Shown piece by piece: positions 46,127-56,482 of a DNA stretch of 64,000 bases. The stretch covers positions 74,983-138,982 of the forward strand of contig CABMDO010000009.1 in NCBI GenBank assembly GCA_902384935.1, given 5' to 3'. The translations under genes and the position numbers were made by a program. This stretch comes from Candidatus Norongarragalina meridionalis. GTDB taxonomy: Archaea > Micrarchaeota > Micrarchaeia > Norongarragalinales > Norongarragalinaceae. A model generated the notes under the pieces. It was not told where the DNA came from and did no database searches. It was given only the letters and a program-made list of their open reading frames with translations. How positions within the stretch are numbered: the stretch's first letter is position 1; each line of letters begins with the position of its first letter.

Positions 46127-47337
46127 ACACTTACGTGGTTCTCGCAGCCGGCAACGGGGTGCGGCTCTGGCCCATCACCGAGCACATACCGAAGGTCATG
46201 GTTCGCGTGCTCGGCAAGCCCATGCTCGAGTGGATTTGCGGGGGCATAGACAAGGACGCGGGAAAGATAATACTCGTCGTAGGCGCCAAGAAGGAAACCG
46301 TGGAGGAATGGGCGCATAACTCGCGGTTCCGCGACAAAATAATCCTCGTCGAGCAGACCGAGAGGCTCGGAACCGGGCACGCGCTCCTGCAGGCGGAGAA
46401 GCACATCGACGGCGACTTCGTCGTGATGAACGGCGACAACTTCTTCGGCATGGACGCGTTCAAGCGCATCGCCTCCGAAAAAGGATACTGGTGCTTCTCG
46501 AAAAAGGTGGAGGACAAGCGCCACTACGGCGTTTTCGAAACCGACAGCGGGCGCCTGAAATGGTTCGAGGAGAAACCCGCCGAAGGGGGGCCGGGACTGG
46601 CGAACCTGAACCTGATGCGGCTGCCTACGCAGTTTTTCGACTACCTGCGCAATCTCGAAAAGTCGCCGCGCGGCGAATTCGAGCTTCCCGACGCACTCTT
46701 TGCGTTCGCGAAGAAGAACGACGTCGCTGTGCACGAGCTCGAAACCTACTGGAACGACGTCGGCTTCTTCTGGAACCTGCTCGACGCCAACGCATACGCC
46801 GCGGAAAACCTCATGGACGAGAAGCGCGACGGCGAAATCGAGAAAGGCGCCATTGTTAAGGGCAAAATTCATCTCGGAATAGGCTCGATCATAAAGGCGG
46901 GCACGGTTGTGCAGGGCCCGTGCTACATCGGCGACAACTGCGTCGTCGGCCCCGAAGCGGTTCTCAGACCCGCAACTGTTCTAGAAGGCGACAACCACGT
47001 CGGCGTGCACGCCGACTTGAAGAACAGCCTGTTCATGCGCGGAGCGGACGCGCATTCCGCGTACGTGGGAGATTCCGTGGTATGTGGCGGCGTCAACCTC
47101 GGCGCAGGCACCCGCACCGCGAACCTCCGCTTCGACGAGGAGCCGGTTGACGTTTACTTCCGCGACAAGAAGGTTAATTCCGGAAAACGCAAGCTGGGCT
47201 GCGTCGTCGGCGCAGGAACGAAGACAGGAGTCAACACGTCGATAAACTGCGGCGTGCTCATAGGCGAGAACTGCCGCATATTCCCAGGCACCGTGGTAAA
47301 CAAGACGCTCGACAACGGCACCGTATGGAAGGGTTGA
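46123..47337 (+). CDS. glmU: bifunctional sugar-1-phosphate nucleotidyltransferase / acetyltransferase (archaeal GlmU-like)
   Basis: N-terminal NTP-transferase (LAAGNGVRLWP) and C-terminal left-handed beta-helix hexapeptide repeats. Confidence 0.7.
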   Translation: MNTYVVLAAGNGVRLWPITEHIPKVMVRVLGKPMLEWICGGIDKDAGKIILVVGAKKETVEEWAHNSRFRDKIILVEQTERLGTGHALLQAEKHIDGDFVVMNGDNFFGMDAFKRIASEKGYWCFSKKVEDKRHYGVFETDSGRLKWFEEKPAEGGPGLANLNLMRLPTQFFDYLRNLEKSPRGEFELPDALFAFAKKNDVAVHELETYWNDVGFFWNLLDANAYAAENLMDEKRDGEIEKGAIVKGKIHLGIGSIIKAGTVVQGPCYIGDNCVVGPEAVLRPATVLEGDNHVGVHADLKNSLFMRGADAHSAYVGDSVVCGGVNLGAGTRTANLRFDEEPVDVYFRDKKVNSGKRKLGCVVGAGTKTGVNTSINCGVLIGENCRIFPGTVVNKTLDNGTVWKG

Positions 47338-47338
47338 G

Positions 47339-48559
47339 ATGTTCAGAACCTACGACGTGCGCGGAATTTACGGGAAGGACATAACCGGGGAGAAATTCTG
47401 CAGCCTCGGAAAGGCGATGTCCGGCTATGCTAACGAGATAGTCGTAGGCATGGACTACCGCAGGCATAACGAGGAACTGGCTGCGGCTTTTCGGGCGGGT
47501 TTTGAGGGGGAAGTGCGCTACCTCGGAAGGGCGCCCACTCCCGCAATCGCGTTCCACTCCGAAAAACTGGGCGCCGCCCTTACCGCGTCCCACAATCCCG
47601 CGGAATACAACGGCTTGAAGCCGTTCCGCGAGCGCCGCTGTTTCTGGCCCGAGGAACTGAAGGAACTGGAAGGAAAAACTGAACCGTGCGGCTTGAAACC
47701 GCCGAAACCGCTTGAAGCGGACTCGGAACTGCATGACGGCTATGTTTCCGCGCTTCCCGAAGCAGGAGACGCGCTTTTCGACTTGTGCGGCGGCGCGGCG
47801 TGCGCGCTTAAGGACGTTTTTCCGCATCGAATCTTTGACGAACCAGATCCCGCTTATCAAAGGCACTCCGCCGAACCCAAGGACGAGACTCTTTCCGTGT
47901 TGAAGGAAAAATCGCACGAAAAGCTCGGCTTCGCGTTCGACGGCGACGGGGATCGCGTCGCGGTGTGCGACCGCGGCAAAGTCATCGATGGCGGAACCGT
48001 GATAGCGTTCATAGCCGAACGTTTTATGAAGAAGAACGACACGCTCGCGGTCACTCTCGATGTGTCCGACGAAGTCGTGCAATACCTGACGGACGCGGGA
48101 TTCGGCGTGGAAGTTTCCGCGGTTGGCGACGTTTTCGTCCTGCAGAAAGCGCTCCGGGAGGGTGCTGCGTTCGCGGGGGAGCGTTCGGGTCACTATTCCA
48201 TGATGAAGCACATGCCTTACTCGGACGGGATATACTTCGGGCTGCTTCTTTCGCAGGCGAAGGCGGGGGAAATCGCCGATTACGCTTCGCGGTTCAAGGC
48301 GGTTACGGAAATCGACGCGGTTTACGCCAAGGTGGACTTTGCGAAGCTCGAGGAAAAACTCCGCACGAAGGAACCTGAATGGATTTCGACGATAGACGGC
48401 ATCAAGGTGCGCTTCCCCGATTACTGCCTGCTTATCCGCGCTTCTAACACCGAACCGAAGGTGCGCGTTAACTCCGAAGCGAAGACGCACGAACTCGCGC
48501 TGCGCGGAATGCGGGAAGCGAAGGAATTAATTAACGCCTGCATCGTCAAGCAATCATGA
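47339..48559 (+). CDS. glmM: phosphoglucosamine/phosphohexose mutase
   Basis: Active site TASHNPAEYNG and metal-binding FDGDGDR of alpha-D-phosphohexomutases. Confidence 0.75.
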   Translation: MFRTYDVRGIYGKDITGEKFCSLGKAMSGYANEIVVGMDYRRHNEELAAAFRAGFEGEVRYLGRAPTPAIAFHSEKLGAALTASHNPAEYNGLKPFRERRCFWPEELKELEGKTEPCGLKPPKPLEADSELHDGYVSALPEAGDALFDLCGGAACALKDVFPHRIFDEPDPAYQRHSAEPKDETLSVLKEKSHEKLGFAFDGDGDRVAVCDRGKVIDGGTVIAFIAERFMKKNDTLAVTLDVSDEVVQYLTDAGFGVEVSAVGDVFVLQKALREGAAFAGERSGHYSMMKHMPYSDGIYFGLLLSQAKAGEIADYASRFKAVTEIDAVYAKVDFAKLEEKLRTKEPEWISTIDGIKVRFPDYCLLIRASNTEPKVRVNSEAKTHELALRGMREAKELINACIVKQS

Positions 48560-49329
48560 GGGAACCCGCGGTTGCCGGCTCGTTTTATCCTGGAGATTCC
48601 GAAGACGTAGAGGAGATGCTGGCGGCGTTCAGGGAGCGGGCGAAAGCGCCGAAGAAGAAAACCGATGCCGTTGTTGCGCCTCACGCGGGCTGGATTTACT
48701 CCGGAGCGACGGCGATGCACTCCTTCCTCGCGCTGGAAAAGAAGAAGACGTACGTAGTTCTCTCGCCGAACCACACGGGCGCGGGCGCGCCGATTGCGAT
48801 GAGCGCCGAAGACTGGGAAACGCCGTTGGGCACGGTGAAGAACGACAAGGCGCTTGCGAAGGAACTCGGCTTGCCGATAAGCGAAGCGGCGCACCAACGC
48901 GAGCATTCAGTCGAAGTGCAGCTTCCGTTCCTCCAGTTCCTGTTCGGCGATTTTTCCTTCGTTCCTATAACCATGATGGACCAGTCGTTGGAAGCGGCGA
49001 CAATGGTAGCGGAAAAACTCGCCGCGTCCAAAAAAGACTTTGCCGTAGTTGCCTCTTCGGATTTCACCCATTACGAGCCCGCAAAACAGGCGAAAGAAAA
49101 AGACGACAAGGTGATTGACGCTATCCTCAAGATGGACGCCGACTTGTTTTACCAGCGGCTGCAAGAAACGCACGCAACCGCCTGCGGTTTCGGCCCTATT
49201 GCCGCCGCCATGCTGTGGGCGAAGAAAAAGGGAAGGAAAAAAGGGGAATTGCTCGCGTTCTCGAACTCGGGCGACGTGTCGGGCGACTATGCAGCCGTGG
49301 TGGACTACGCCGCGATTGCGTTCCGTTAG
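48556..49329 (+). CDS. MEMO1-family protein (AmmeMemoRadiSam system protein B)
   Basis: AGSFYP, VAPHAGWIYSG, EHSVEVQLPFLQ motifs. Confidence 0.7.
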   Translation: MREPAVAGSFYPGDSEDVEEMLAAFRERAKAPKKKTDAVVAPHAGWIYSGATAMHSFLALEKKKTYVVLSPNHTGAGAPIAMSAEDWETPLGTVKNDKALAKELGLPISEAAHQREHSVEVQLPFLQFLFGDFSFVPITMMDQSLEAATMVAEKLAASKKDFAVVASSDFTHYEPAKQAKEKDDKVIDAILKMDADLFYQRLQETHATACGFGPIAAAMLWAKKKGRKKGELLAFSNSGDVSGDYAAVVDYAAIAFR

Positions 49330-49359
49330 GGAGTTAAATGGCGAAAATCTGGAGATACT

Positions 49360-49674
49360 ATGCGCGCTTCGAAGGAAGAAATCGAAACAACGAAAAGGAT
49401 CATCAAGAGCGCCCGCCTCCCGACGCCAGACTCCGGCGTGTTCGAACGCCCGCCGACACAGGCGGATATTCGGAATGCCCACCGCATAAACCACGTATAC
49501 GACTATGCTCTTGGGAAGAACAAGGTTCTAGGCGACGACATCCGAAGCCTGCTCCGCCACAGTGAAAAGGACGCCATAGAGCAATACCGACTGACAATCG
49601 CCGTTGCTAGGGGAACTAGAAAAAAACGGATAATAAAAACGATGCTGGAATACCTCGGCGGTCTGCGCCTCTGA
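49360..49674 (+). CDS. hypothetical protein
   Basis: 104-aa ORF with protein-like composition. No domain recognised. Confidence 0.3.
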   Translation: MRASKEEIETTKRIIKSARLPTPDSGVFERPPTQADIRNAHRINHVYDYALGKNKVLGDDIRSLLRHSEKDAIEQYRLTIAVARGTRKKRIIKTMLEYLGGLRL

Positions 49675-49688
49675 AGGAGAGCGAAAAC

Positions 49689-50672
49689 CTAGTCCGCCAA
49701 TCCGTCGGGGGTTACGCGGAACACGCATTCCCCGTCGGGAAGGTTCGGGGAATCAACGAGCTTCGCGATTCTCCTATCCTCCTTGCTTCTCCGCAAGTAA
49801 AGGCGATACGTCGAGGTGTGCGCTAGGACATGTCCGCCGATAGGCGTCGTCGGATCCCCGAACATCATGCCGGGATTGTCCATCACCTGGTTCGTGACGT
49901 AAATCGCGAGGTTGTTGTTGCGCGCGTATTTCAGCAGCAAATGGATATGCTTGTTCAGCTTGTGCTGCCTCTCGTTGAGCATCTCCCTTCCCAGGTAATC
50001 GCTCCTGAAAGTCGCGGTAAGCGAATCCACTATTATCAGGCGGATTTTTTTCTCGCGGATAAGGTTTTCCGCCTTCTCGGTGAGGAACATCTGGTGGTCG
50101 GAATTCATCGCCTGCGCGACGTGTATGTTGCTGAGGATCTTAGCGGGATCGAGGTCGCGCGCCTCCGCCATCTGCGAAATTCTCTCGGGACGGAACGTGC
50201 CTTCGGTGTCTATGAAAAGCACCGCTCCTTCGAGCCCGCCCTGCTCGCGGGGCAACTGCGCCGTGACGCAAAGCTGGAATCCGAGCTGCGACTTGCCGGA
50301 ACCGAATTTCCCGAAAGCCTCCGTAATCGCCTGCGTCTCGATTCCGCCGCCGATGAGCTTGTCCAGCTCTTCGGAGCCGGTAGTGATTTTTTCTATCTTC
50401 AGGCGCTGCTCCATTATCGCATTTCCCGTTTCGAAGCTCGCCTCGACCTGCTTGCGCGCCGCGGTTATCACCTTAAGCGCGGTGTCCTCGCTCATCTCTA
50501 TGGCAATCGCGAGCTCCTGCGGCATGCACGTCGCAAGGGTCTCCAGATTGTCATAATGGGTTTCCCGCAGCTTTTCCGCGGTTGCCCGCGATACGCCCAG
50601 CTGCGCCTCCAAATCGTCCGCTTCCGAAGCGGCAGAAGCCTCCTGTTTGGAGGCATTTTCGCCTTTTGCCAT
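49689..50672 (-). CDS. radA: DNA repair and recombination protein RadA
   Basis: HhH N-domain, Walker A GKFGSGKSQ, Walker B LIIVDS. 327 aa. Confidence 0.9.
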   Translation of the reverse strand: MAKGENASKQEASAASEADDLEAQLGVSRATAEKLRETHYDNLETLATCMPQELAIAIEMSEDTALKVITAARKQVEASFETGNAIMEQRLKIEKITTGSEELDKLIGGGIETQAITEAFGKFGSGKSQLGFQLCVTAQLPREQGGLEGAVLFIDTEGTFRPERISQMAEARDLDPAKILSNIHVAQAMNSDHQMFLTEKAENLIREKKIRLIIVDSLTATFRSDYLGREMLNERQHKLNKHIHLLLKYARNNNLAIYVTNQVMDNPGMMFGDPTTPIGGHVLAHTSTYRLYLRRSKEDRRIAKLVDSPNLPDGECVFRVTPDGLAD

Positions 50673-50790
50673 GCTATCTCCTCCGACGCGTTGATATTTC
50701 CGTTAAGGAAATTCCCACCAACGCCGATTATTCAGATGAAGGGATTACGGAGTCGGAATTAATAAGGAAACTGGGCGTGCTTGCCAGTGC

Positions 50791-51564
50791 TCACTTCTTC
50801 TTTTCCGGCTTGCGGATTAGCAGGAAAACTATGACCGCGGCGCCCACCATCAGGAGCATCACAGTAGGCAGCATGTCGGGCGGGCTCTGTTCGACTGCGG
50901 CAGGCGGCGAAGGCGAAACGCGGACGATTATCGGTTGATTCGGCCTCGACGAAGGAGTCGGAGTTGCGGTTGGTTTGGGCGAAGGCGATGGTTTGGTTGT
51001 CGGCGAAGGCGACGGCGCAACCGACGGGCAGGGCGCGAACTCGCAATTCGGTCCCGTTCTTCCCACGGACGAACCGTCGGGGCATATTTTCGCTTCCGCC
51101 GTGCATGCTACGGGCGAAGGAGACGGCAGCGTCGAGGGTGACGGCGTGAAAGGAGGGGCGAACGCTATCTGAGTCGCGACGTTCGCGGTCCAGCAGTCAC
51201 TGGAGTTCGTTACGTTGACGCCCGTAACGGTATGATTCTTCCATAGGCAGCAGTCCTGACCCTCGGTAGGCGCGACGAACTCGGTCTGCACCACGCCAAC
51301 GTAGCCGTCGCCGGGTATTGTGTCGGCTAAATTCCCGTCAATTGAAATCGCCATGTCGCCTGCCAAGGGGTTCTGAACGGCTATGTAAATCACTCCCATC
51401 TGCCCCCACGTGAGATTGTAGTAGCAGGACGTTACGTTCGAGCAGCTGCAGGGCGCGGGCGCGTCGGACTGGTTCCCGCACAGGATGTAGGGAACCGTAA
51501 GCGAGCCGCATGCGAAAACAAAAGGAACCGCCAGAAGCGCGAGCCAGAGCCAGCGGATTGCCAT
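50791..51564 (-). CDS. secreted surface (glyco)protein with Pro/Thr/Ser linker and C-terminal TM anchor
   Basis: Signal peptide, many N-glycosylation sequons, PSPSPTTKPSPSPKPTATPTPSS linker, C-terminal hydrophobic helix + KPEKKK. Confidence 0.55.
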   Translation of the reverse strand: MAIRWLWLALLAVPFVFACGSLTVPYILCGNQSDAPAPCSCSNVTSCYYNLTWGQMGVIYIAVQNPLAGDMAISIDGNLADTIPGDGYVGVVQTEFVAPTEGQDCCLWKNHTVTGVNVTNSSDCWTANVATQIAFAPPFTPSPSTLPSPSPVACTAEAKICPDGSSVGRTGPNCEFAPCPSVAPSPSPTTKPSPSPKPTATPTPSSRPNQPIIVRVSPSPPAAVEQSPPDMLPTVMLLMVGAAVIVFLLIRKPEKKK

Positions 51565-51643
51565 GAAGACAGTAGCGCCGCGATATTTAATAACACTAGG
51601 CGGAAAGGGGATTTTTAATCAGTGAATTCATATTACTGGGCAA

Positions 51644-51718
51644 GGGCCTATAGCTCAGCCTGGATAGAGCGGTTGGCTTCTAACCAAAAGGTCGAGGGTC
51701 CGAATCCCTCTAGGCCCG
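51644..51718 (+). tRNA. tRNA-Arg (anticodon TCT)
   Basis: Hand-folded cloverleaf: 7-bp acceptor stem, 4-bp D stem, anticodon loop CTTCTAA, 5-bp T stem with TCCGAAT loop. No encoded CCA. Upstream AT-rich TATA-like box. Confidence 0.75.
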
Positions 51719-51720
51719 TC

Positions 51721-52083
51721 TCACTTCTCGAAGCCGTAGGTTTCGCCGAAGGACTTGCCCCCGCGCTGCTTGCGGTCGCCGTATTTTATTTCCGCGAGAC
51801 GTCCCACGACGCGCGGCGACGCATCGATGTCGTCAATGTCCAGTTCCTTGTGTTTGGAAGGCGGCTTTTCGGAAATCATCTTCCGCACGAAGTAGAAGTC
51901 GGCGAAGAGCGTCACGATGAGCGCCAGCAGCGCCGCTAACGTGTTCGCGGAGATTCCGATTGCGTTGAACAGCGCGCCTCCGGCGCCTTCAAGCGCGCGC
52001 GTGCAAGCGTAATAGACGCCGAGCATGACGGCGAGCGTGATTACGAGGAACTGCGCGCCCTTCCAGAATGAATAGTCGACCAT
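51721..52083 (-). CDS. hypothetical membrane protein
   Basis: 120 aa with two hydrophobic helices. Confidence 0.35.
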   Translation of the reverse strand: MVDYSFWKGAQFLVITLAVMLGVYYACTRALEGAGGALFNAIGISANTLAALLALIVTLFADFYFVRKMISEKPPSKHKELDIDDIDASPRVVGRLAEIKYGDRKQRGGKSFGETYGFEK

Positions 52084-52090
52084 AAAAGCG

Positions 52091-52393
52091 TTAATCGTCG
52101 ATTCTGCTTTTAAGCCCGTGGATGCGGCTGAATTCGCGGAGCAACTTCGTCACCATCTTCTCGGCTGCCCGCTCGTTCGAGGCGATTACCGCGATGCGCT
52201 CGGGCTGTTTTTCCTTCTGGAAGAACTCTTTTAGAAGGTTTTCCCGGAAATAATGGATTACGACCGCAAGATACGTGCGCTTGCGGCGCGCTTTGATGAG
52301 GACGAACTGGAATTTCGGATACTTCTCGACGGAGACTGTGAACTTCTTCTCCTTCAGCTGCTTCGCGAGCCATTCCGTTACGAGATATTTCAC
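52091..52393 (-). CDS. hypothetical protein
   Basis: 100-aa basic protein. No domain recognised. Confidence 0.3.
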   Translation of the reverse strand: MKYLVTEWLAKQLKEKKFTVSVEKYPKFQFVLIKARRKRTYLAVVIHYFRENLLKEFFQKEKQPERIAVIASNERAAEKMVTKLLREFSRIHGLKSRIDD

Positions 52394-52397
52394 GAAA

Positions 52398-53636
52398 TCA
52401 CCTATAGAATTGGAAATCCTTGCAGAGGTCTATTACTTCCGCCTTGACGTTCGCGAGCATCGCTTCGTCGTTCCACTTTCCAACCGCTTTGACGATTAGA
52501 CGCCCCACTTCCTTCATCTCGGATTCTTTCATGCCGCGCGTCGTAAGAACGGGGGTTCCCAAGCGTATGCCCGACGGATCGAAGGGCTTGCGCTTGTCGA
52601 ACGGAATCATGTTTTTGTTTACCGTGATGTTCGCCTTGTCCAGCGCTATTTCAGCCTCCTTTCCGGAAACTCCCTTGTCGGAAAGGTCCACGAGAAGCAG
52701 ATGGTTGTCCGTTCCGCCCGTAACGAGGCGCAACCCGCCTGCCTGAAGCGCGTCGGCGAGCGCCTTCGCATTTTTCACGATCTGCTTTCCGTACGTCTTG
52801 AATTCGGGCTTGAGCGCCTCGCCGAAGCAAACCGCTTTCGCCGCGATGGTATGCTCGTGCGGCCCGCCCTGCAAACCGGGGAAAACCGCCTTGTCTATTG
52901 CCTGCCCGTACTGCTCCTTGCACATTATCATGCCGCCGCGCGGTCCGCGCAGCGTCTTGTGCGTAGTCGTGGTAACTACCTCGGTGAAGGGGAACGGCGA
53001 CTGGTGCACGCCCGCGACTATCAAGCCCGCGATGTGCGCGATGTCCGTCATAGAGATTGCTCCGCACTCCTGCGCGATTTCATGAATCTGTTTGAAATCG
53101 ATCTCGCGGGAATACGCGGTTGCGCCGGAAACGATGATTTTCGGTTTTTCCGCGAGCGCGGTTTTGCGCATGGCGTCGTAGTCTATTCTTTCGTCCTCTC
53201 TGGAAACGCCGTACTGGACGAACTTGTAAGCGCGGCCCGAAAAATTCACCGCGTGCCCGTGCGTCAGGTGCCCTCCTTCGGCGAGGGACATGCCCATAAC
53301 CTTGTCCCCGAACTGGAGAAGGGCGAAGTAAACCGCGATATTCGCGGGGCTGCCGGAATACGGCTGGACGTTGACGTGCTCCGCGCCGAACAGCTGTTTC
53401 GCGCGATTAATCGCGATTTCCTCGACTATGTCCGTGAACTCGTTCCCGCCGTAATAGCGCTTGTGCGGATATCCTTCGGAATATTTGTTCGTGAACACGG
53501 AGCCCATCGCCTCGAGCACGGGTTCGCTCACGAGATTTTCGGAGGGAATCATCTCGAGGACGTTCATCTGGCGATGAAGTTCCTGCTGTATGACGGAGTA
53601 AACCTCGGGATCGGCTTCTTTCAGCAAATCAATCAC
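52398..53636 (-). CDS. glyA: serine hydroxymethyltransferase
   Basis: PLP site [11 protein letters not shown]. Full-length SHMT similarity. Confidence 0.9.
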   Translation of the reverse strand: MIDLLKEADPEVYSVIQQELHRQMNVLEMIPSENLVSEPVLEAMGSVFTNKYSEGYPHKRYYGGNEFTDIVEEIAINRAKQLFGAEHVNVQPYSGSPANIAVYFALLQFGDKVMGMSLAEGGHLTHGHAVNFSGRAYKFVQYGVSREDERIDYDAMRKTALAEKPKIIVSGATAYSREIDFKQIHEIAQECGAISMTDIAHIAGLIVAGVHQSPFPFTEVVTTTTHKTLRGPRGGMIMCKEQYGQAIDKAVFPGLQGGPHEHTIAAKAVCFGEALKPEFKTYGKQIVKNAKALADALQAGGLRLVTGGTDNHLLLVDLSDKGVSGKEAEIALDKANITVNKNMIPFDKRKPFDPSGIRLGTPVLTTRGMKESEMKEVGRLIVKAVGKWNDEAMLANVKAEVIDLCKDFQFYR

Positions 53637-54333
53637 CCTTCAAGATGCAACCGGGAATGTTCTTCCAGCGCCCGCAGGACATTTTTCCTTCTAGGCAAAC
53701 GCCTTTCGAGACGCAGGACGGCCCCGCGTTTTCGAACATAATCGGCGCCCGCTCCTTGGAGAGGCGCATCATCTCCTCGGCGAGGCTGCGGATTTCCCAC
53801 TGTGCGCGCGCGCACGTCCTCGCCTCGAAGAAGTGCAGAAGCTCGCGGCCGTTCATCGTTATCACTATCTTCGTCTCGCACGCGTTCGGAAGCACGAAGC
53901 GGGCGTCTTCCTTATCGACGCCTGAATCGCAGAGCGAGGAATAAAGGGCTGCGGAAGCTGCCATGAAGTCGGCGAACTCGCGCTCCTTTCCTTTTGCTTT
54001 GATGCTGGCGGGCATTATGAAATCGAAATCTTTTGCTTTTACATAGCGCTGGCTCTGCTGGGAAAAGGAAGCGATGCGGTGGCGAACGAGCTGGTGCGTG
54101 CATGCGCGGGACAGTCCCTCCGCCGCGAACGTGAACGACGCATGCTCTAGAACCGAGTGGTGCCCGCTTTTCACGACCTGCCTGACGAGTTTCGCTACCT
54201 CGTCGTGGGAAAGCGACTCCATGAGTTCGGAAGCGCCCTTGGCGCTGTAGCATTGGCGCGCCGCAGCGGCAGCCGCGGAATCGGGATTCGGCGTATTGTA
54301 CAGAAGTTTCACGCTAAGGTGAGTTTCAGTCAT
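53629..54333 (-). CDS. thyX: FAD-dependent thymidylate synthase
   Basis: ThyX signature [14 protein letters not shown]. Start taken at MTETHLSV. Confidence 0.8.
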   Translation of the reverse strand: MTETHLSVKLLYNTPNPDSAAAAAARQCYSAKGASELMESLSHDEVAKLVRQVVKSGHHSVLEHASFTFAAEGLSRACTHQLVRHRIASFSQQSQRYVKAKDFDFIMPASIKAKGKEREFADFMAASAALYSSLCDSGVDKEDARFVLPNACETKIVITMNGRELLHFFEARTCARAQWEIRSLAEEMMRLSKERAPIMFENAGPSCVSKGVCLEGKMSCGRWKNIPGCILKGD

Positions 54334-54385
54334 CCTAATCCCCGCAGTAAGAAGGTTTAACCTGCGAACGCATATAATAGTTGCC

Positions 54386-55630
54386 ATGGACTACGCAACT
54401 GCAGTGCGCTGGCTCGGCAAACTGCCCACTCCGAAGCAGTGGACTCTTGAGCGAATGAGGATACTTTGCGCGGCTGCGGGCGTGGTACCGCCGAAGAACG
54501 TCGTGCATATAACGGGAACGAACGGCAAGGGCTCCGTTGCGGCGTTGATCGCGGCGTCGCTTCCTGAAAAGGTCGGGTTGTACACGTCGCCGCACCTTGT
54601 GGCGGTGAGGGAACGCATAAGGATAAACGGGAACGACGTCGGCGAGAAGGTTTTCGCGAAGGCGGTTTCCGAAATCGCCGATGCGACGAAAAAAATGCGC
54701 GAGAAACCGTCTTATTTCGAGGTTCTCACCGCCGTTGCGTTCAAGATTTTCCAGGACGAGAAGGTGGACTGGGCGGTTCTCGAAGTCGGGCTGGGCGGAA
54801 GGCTGGACGCCACCAACGTGGCGGACGCCCGCGTCGCCGTGATAACGAACGTCGGCTTGGAACACACGGAGCTTCTCGGTAAAACCGTCCAGGAAATCGC
54901 GCACGAAAAATCCGGAATAATCAAAAGCGGCTGCGTAGTCGTCACCGCCTGCGACGGACGGGCGCTGCGCGAGATAGATACCAAAGCAAGAAGGGAGCAC
55001 GCGCGCATAATCGCTCTCGGAAAGCAGTTCGAAATCGCGAACGTGAAGGTGAAGGAGGACGGAACTTCCTTCGAGGTGCTCACGCGCGGAGGAAGAATCC
55101 CGCTGAAAACTCGGCTCATAGGCAGTTTCCAGGCGAGGAACGCCGCGCTCGCAGCGGTAGTGCTCCGCGAACTCGGTTTTGAATGGCCCATGATAAGGAA
55201 CGGGCTGCTGAAGGCGCGCTGGGAAGGAAGGATGGATTTGCGCGACGGCGTGCTTCTCGACGGCAGCCACAACTACGACGGCGCGGTTGCCATGAGGGAA
55301 GCCTTGGCGGAGTTGTGGCCCGGCGCCCGCTATGCGATAGTGTTCGGGGTGATGAAGGACAAGAACTGGCGCGCGATGATAGCGACGCTCGCGCCCATCG
55401 CCGACGTTTTCGTTGCTACGCAACCGAAACTGGAGCGTTCGCTCGGCGCTAACATAATCGCGAAGGAAGCCAAGAATTACTGCGGAAACGTATTTGCCGT
55501 GCGCGACGTGCGCGCTGCTATTGAATTCGCGAAAAAGAAGTCAAAAGGAAAAAAAGTGGTCGCGTGCGGTTCGCTTTTCCTTATCGGAGAAGCGCTTTCC
55601 GCACGCGTCGAACTCGAGGAAAAGCGTTAA
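54386..55630 (+). CDS. folC: folylpolyglutamate synthase / dihydrofolate synthase (Mur ligase family)
   Basis: P-loop ITGTNGKGS and FolC-type Mur ligase domains. Confidence 0.75.
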   Translation: MDYATAVRWLGKLPTPKQWTLERMRILCAAAGVVPPKNVVHITGTNGKGSVAALIAASLPEKVGLYTSPHLVAVRERIRINGNDVGEKVFAKAVSEIADATKKMREKPSYFEVLTAVAFKIFQDEKVDWAVLEVGLGGRLDATNVADARVAVITNVGLEHTELLGKTVQEIAHEKSGIIKSGCVVVTACDGRALREIDTKARREHARIIALGKQFEIANVKVKEDGTSFEVLTRGGRIPLKTRLIGSFQARNAALAAVVLRELGFEWPMIRNGLLKARWEGRMDLRDGVLLDGSHNYDGAVAMREALAELWPGARYAIVFGVMKDKNWRAMIATLAPIADVFVATQPKLERSLGANIIAKEAKNYCGNVFAVRDVRAAIEFAKKKSKGKKVVACGSLFLIGEALSARVELEEKR

Positions 55631-55974
55631 CCCTGTTCGGGCGTCTCTTCCGCTCCGCCTTCTTCCGGAGTCGCGGCTGCCGCACCTGCGGAACCTACTT
55701 TCTCCCCTATAGCGAAGCGCCTGCGGACATCCTTGATGCGGATTCTGCAGCTCTCGCCCTTGGACGCGCCCGCGATGAAGATTATGAAACCTTCAACCTT
55801 CGCGATTCCGTCGCCCTTCTGCGCGACGTCGGTTATCTGGACGTCGTACTCTTCGCCCGGGCGCACGGGGGCTTCCCTCTGCTCGAAACCGCCGCCGTAT
55901 CCGCCGCGGTCTCCTCCGCCTCTGTCTCCGCCGCGGTCTCCTCCGCCTCTGTCTCTATATCCCATTTCATTCAC
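55627..55974 (-). CDS. TRAM-domain nucleic-acid-binding protein with N-terminal RGG/DRGG repeats
   Basis: N-terminal RDRGGGDRGGDRGGGDRGGYGGG then a TRAM OB-fold (YDVQITDVAQKGDGIAKVEGFIIFIAGASKGESCRIRI). Confidence 0.6.
   Translation of the reverse strand: MNEMGYRDRGGGDRGGDRGGGDRGGYGGGFEQREAPVRPGEEYDVQITDVAQKGDGIAKVEGFIIFIAGASKGESCRIRIKDVRRRFAIGEKVGSAGAAAATPEEGGAEETPEQG
55901..55954. repeat. perfect 27-bp tandem duplication (2 copies) encoding the DRGGGDRGG repeat
   Basis: CCGCCGCGGTCTCCTCCGCCTCTGTCT occurs twice back-to-back. Confidence 0.8.
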
Positions 55975-56080
55975 CTATGCGGGATGCTGAAGCGTGATGC
56001 AGAAGAATACGCCCTAAGCACATCTTCAAACAGTCGCCCTGCAACCCTGCAATTATTTTGGCGCGCAACTTTATAAACGT

Positions 56081-56482
56081 TCAGACTACTTCGAGCGCTA
56101 CCTGCTTGCCCTTCGAATCGAATGCGTTGGCGCTTTCAAAAGGAGGGCACGCTATCAGATGGAAGGGAAGCGAGCGCGAAAAGAACTGCAAATCGCCGGC
56201 AGATGGCGACGCGGGCGGATAGGGATGCGAGTGAAAGGAGGCGAAGGCGCCGACGTTCGCGGGGATGTGGAAATCCGAATACGAGGAGAATCCGTTGCCG
56301 TACGTGCTGAAAGGCGCGATCAGCAGTTCGGTAAGAAGCGCGCCGTCCTTCTCCTTTTTCCCGCGCAGTATTCCGATGAACTCGTCGGGATACGTGTGCT
56401 TCGCCGCCTCGAGGGCGCTTTCCAGCGCGGCGCGTTTTATGCGGACGGTTACCACAGGACTACCTCCGCCTCGTGCATCCAT
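56081..56482 (-). CDS. second JAMM/MPN+ domain metalloprotease
   Basis: FHSHPYPPASPSAGD JAMM motif (HxHx7Sx2D) with an upstream Glu (YPDEFIGIL). N-terminal limit uncertain. Overlaps the upstream membrane ORF by ~30 nt. Confidence 0.55.
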   Translation of the reverse strand: MDARGGGSPVVTVRIKRAALESALEAAKHTYPDEFIGILRGKKEKDGALLTELLIAPFSTYGNGFSSYSDFHIPANVGAFASFHSHPYPPASPSAGDLQFFSRSLPFHLIACPPFESANAFDSKGKQVALEVV

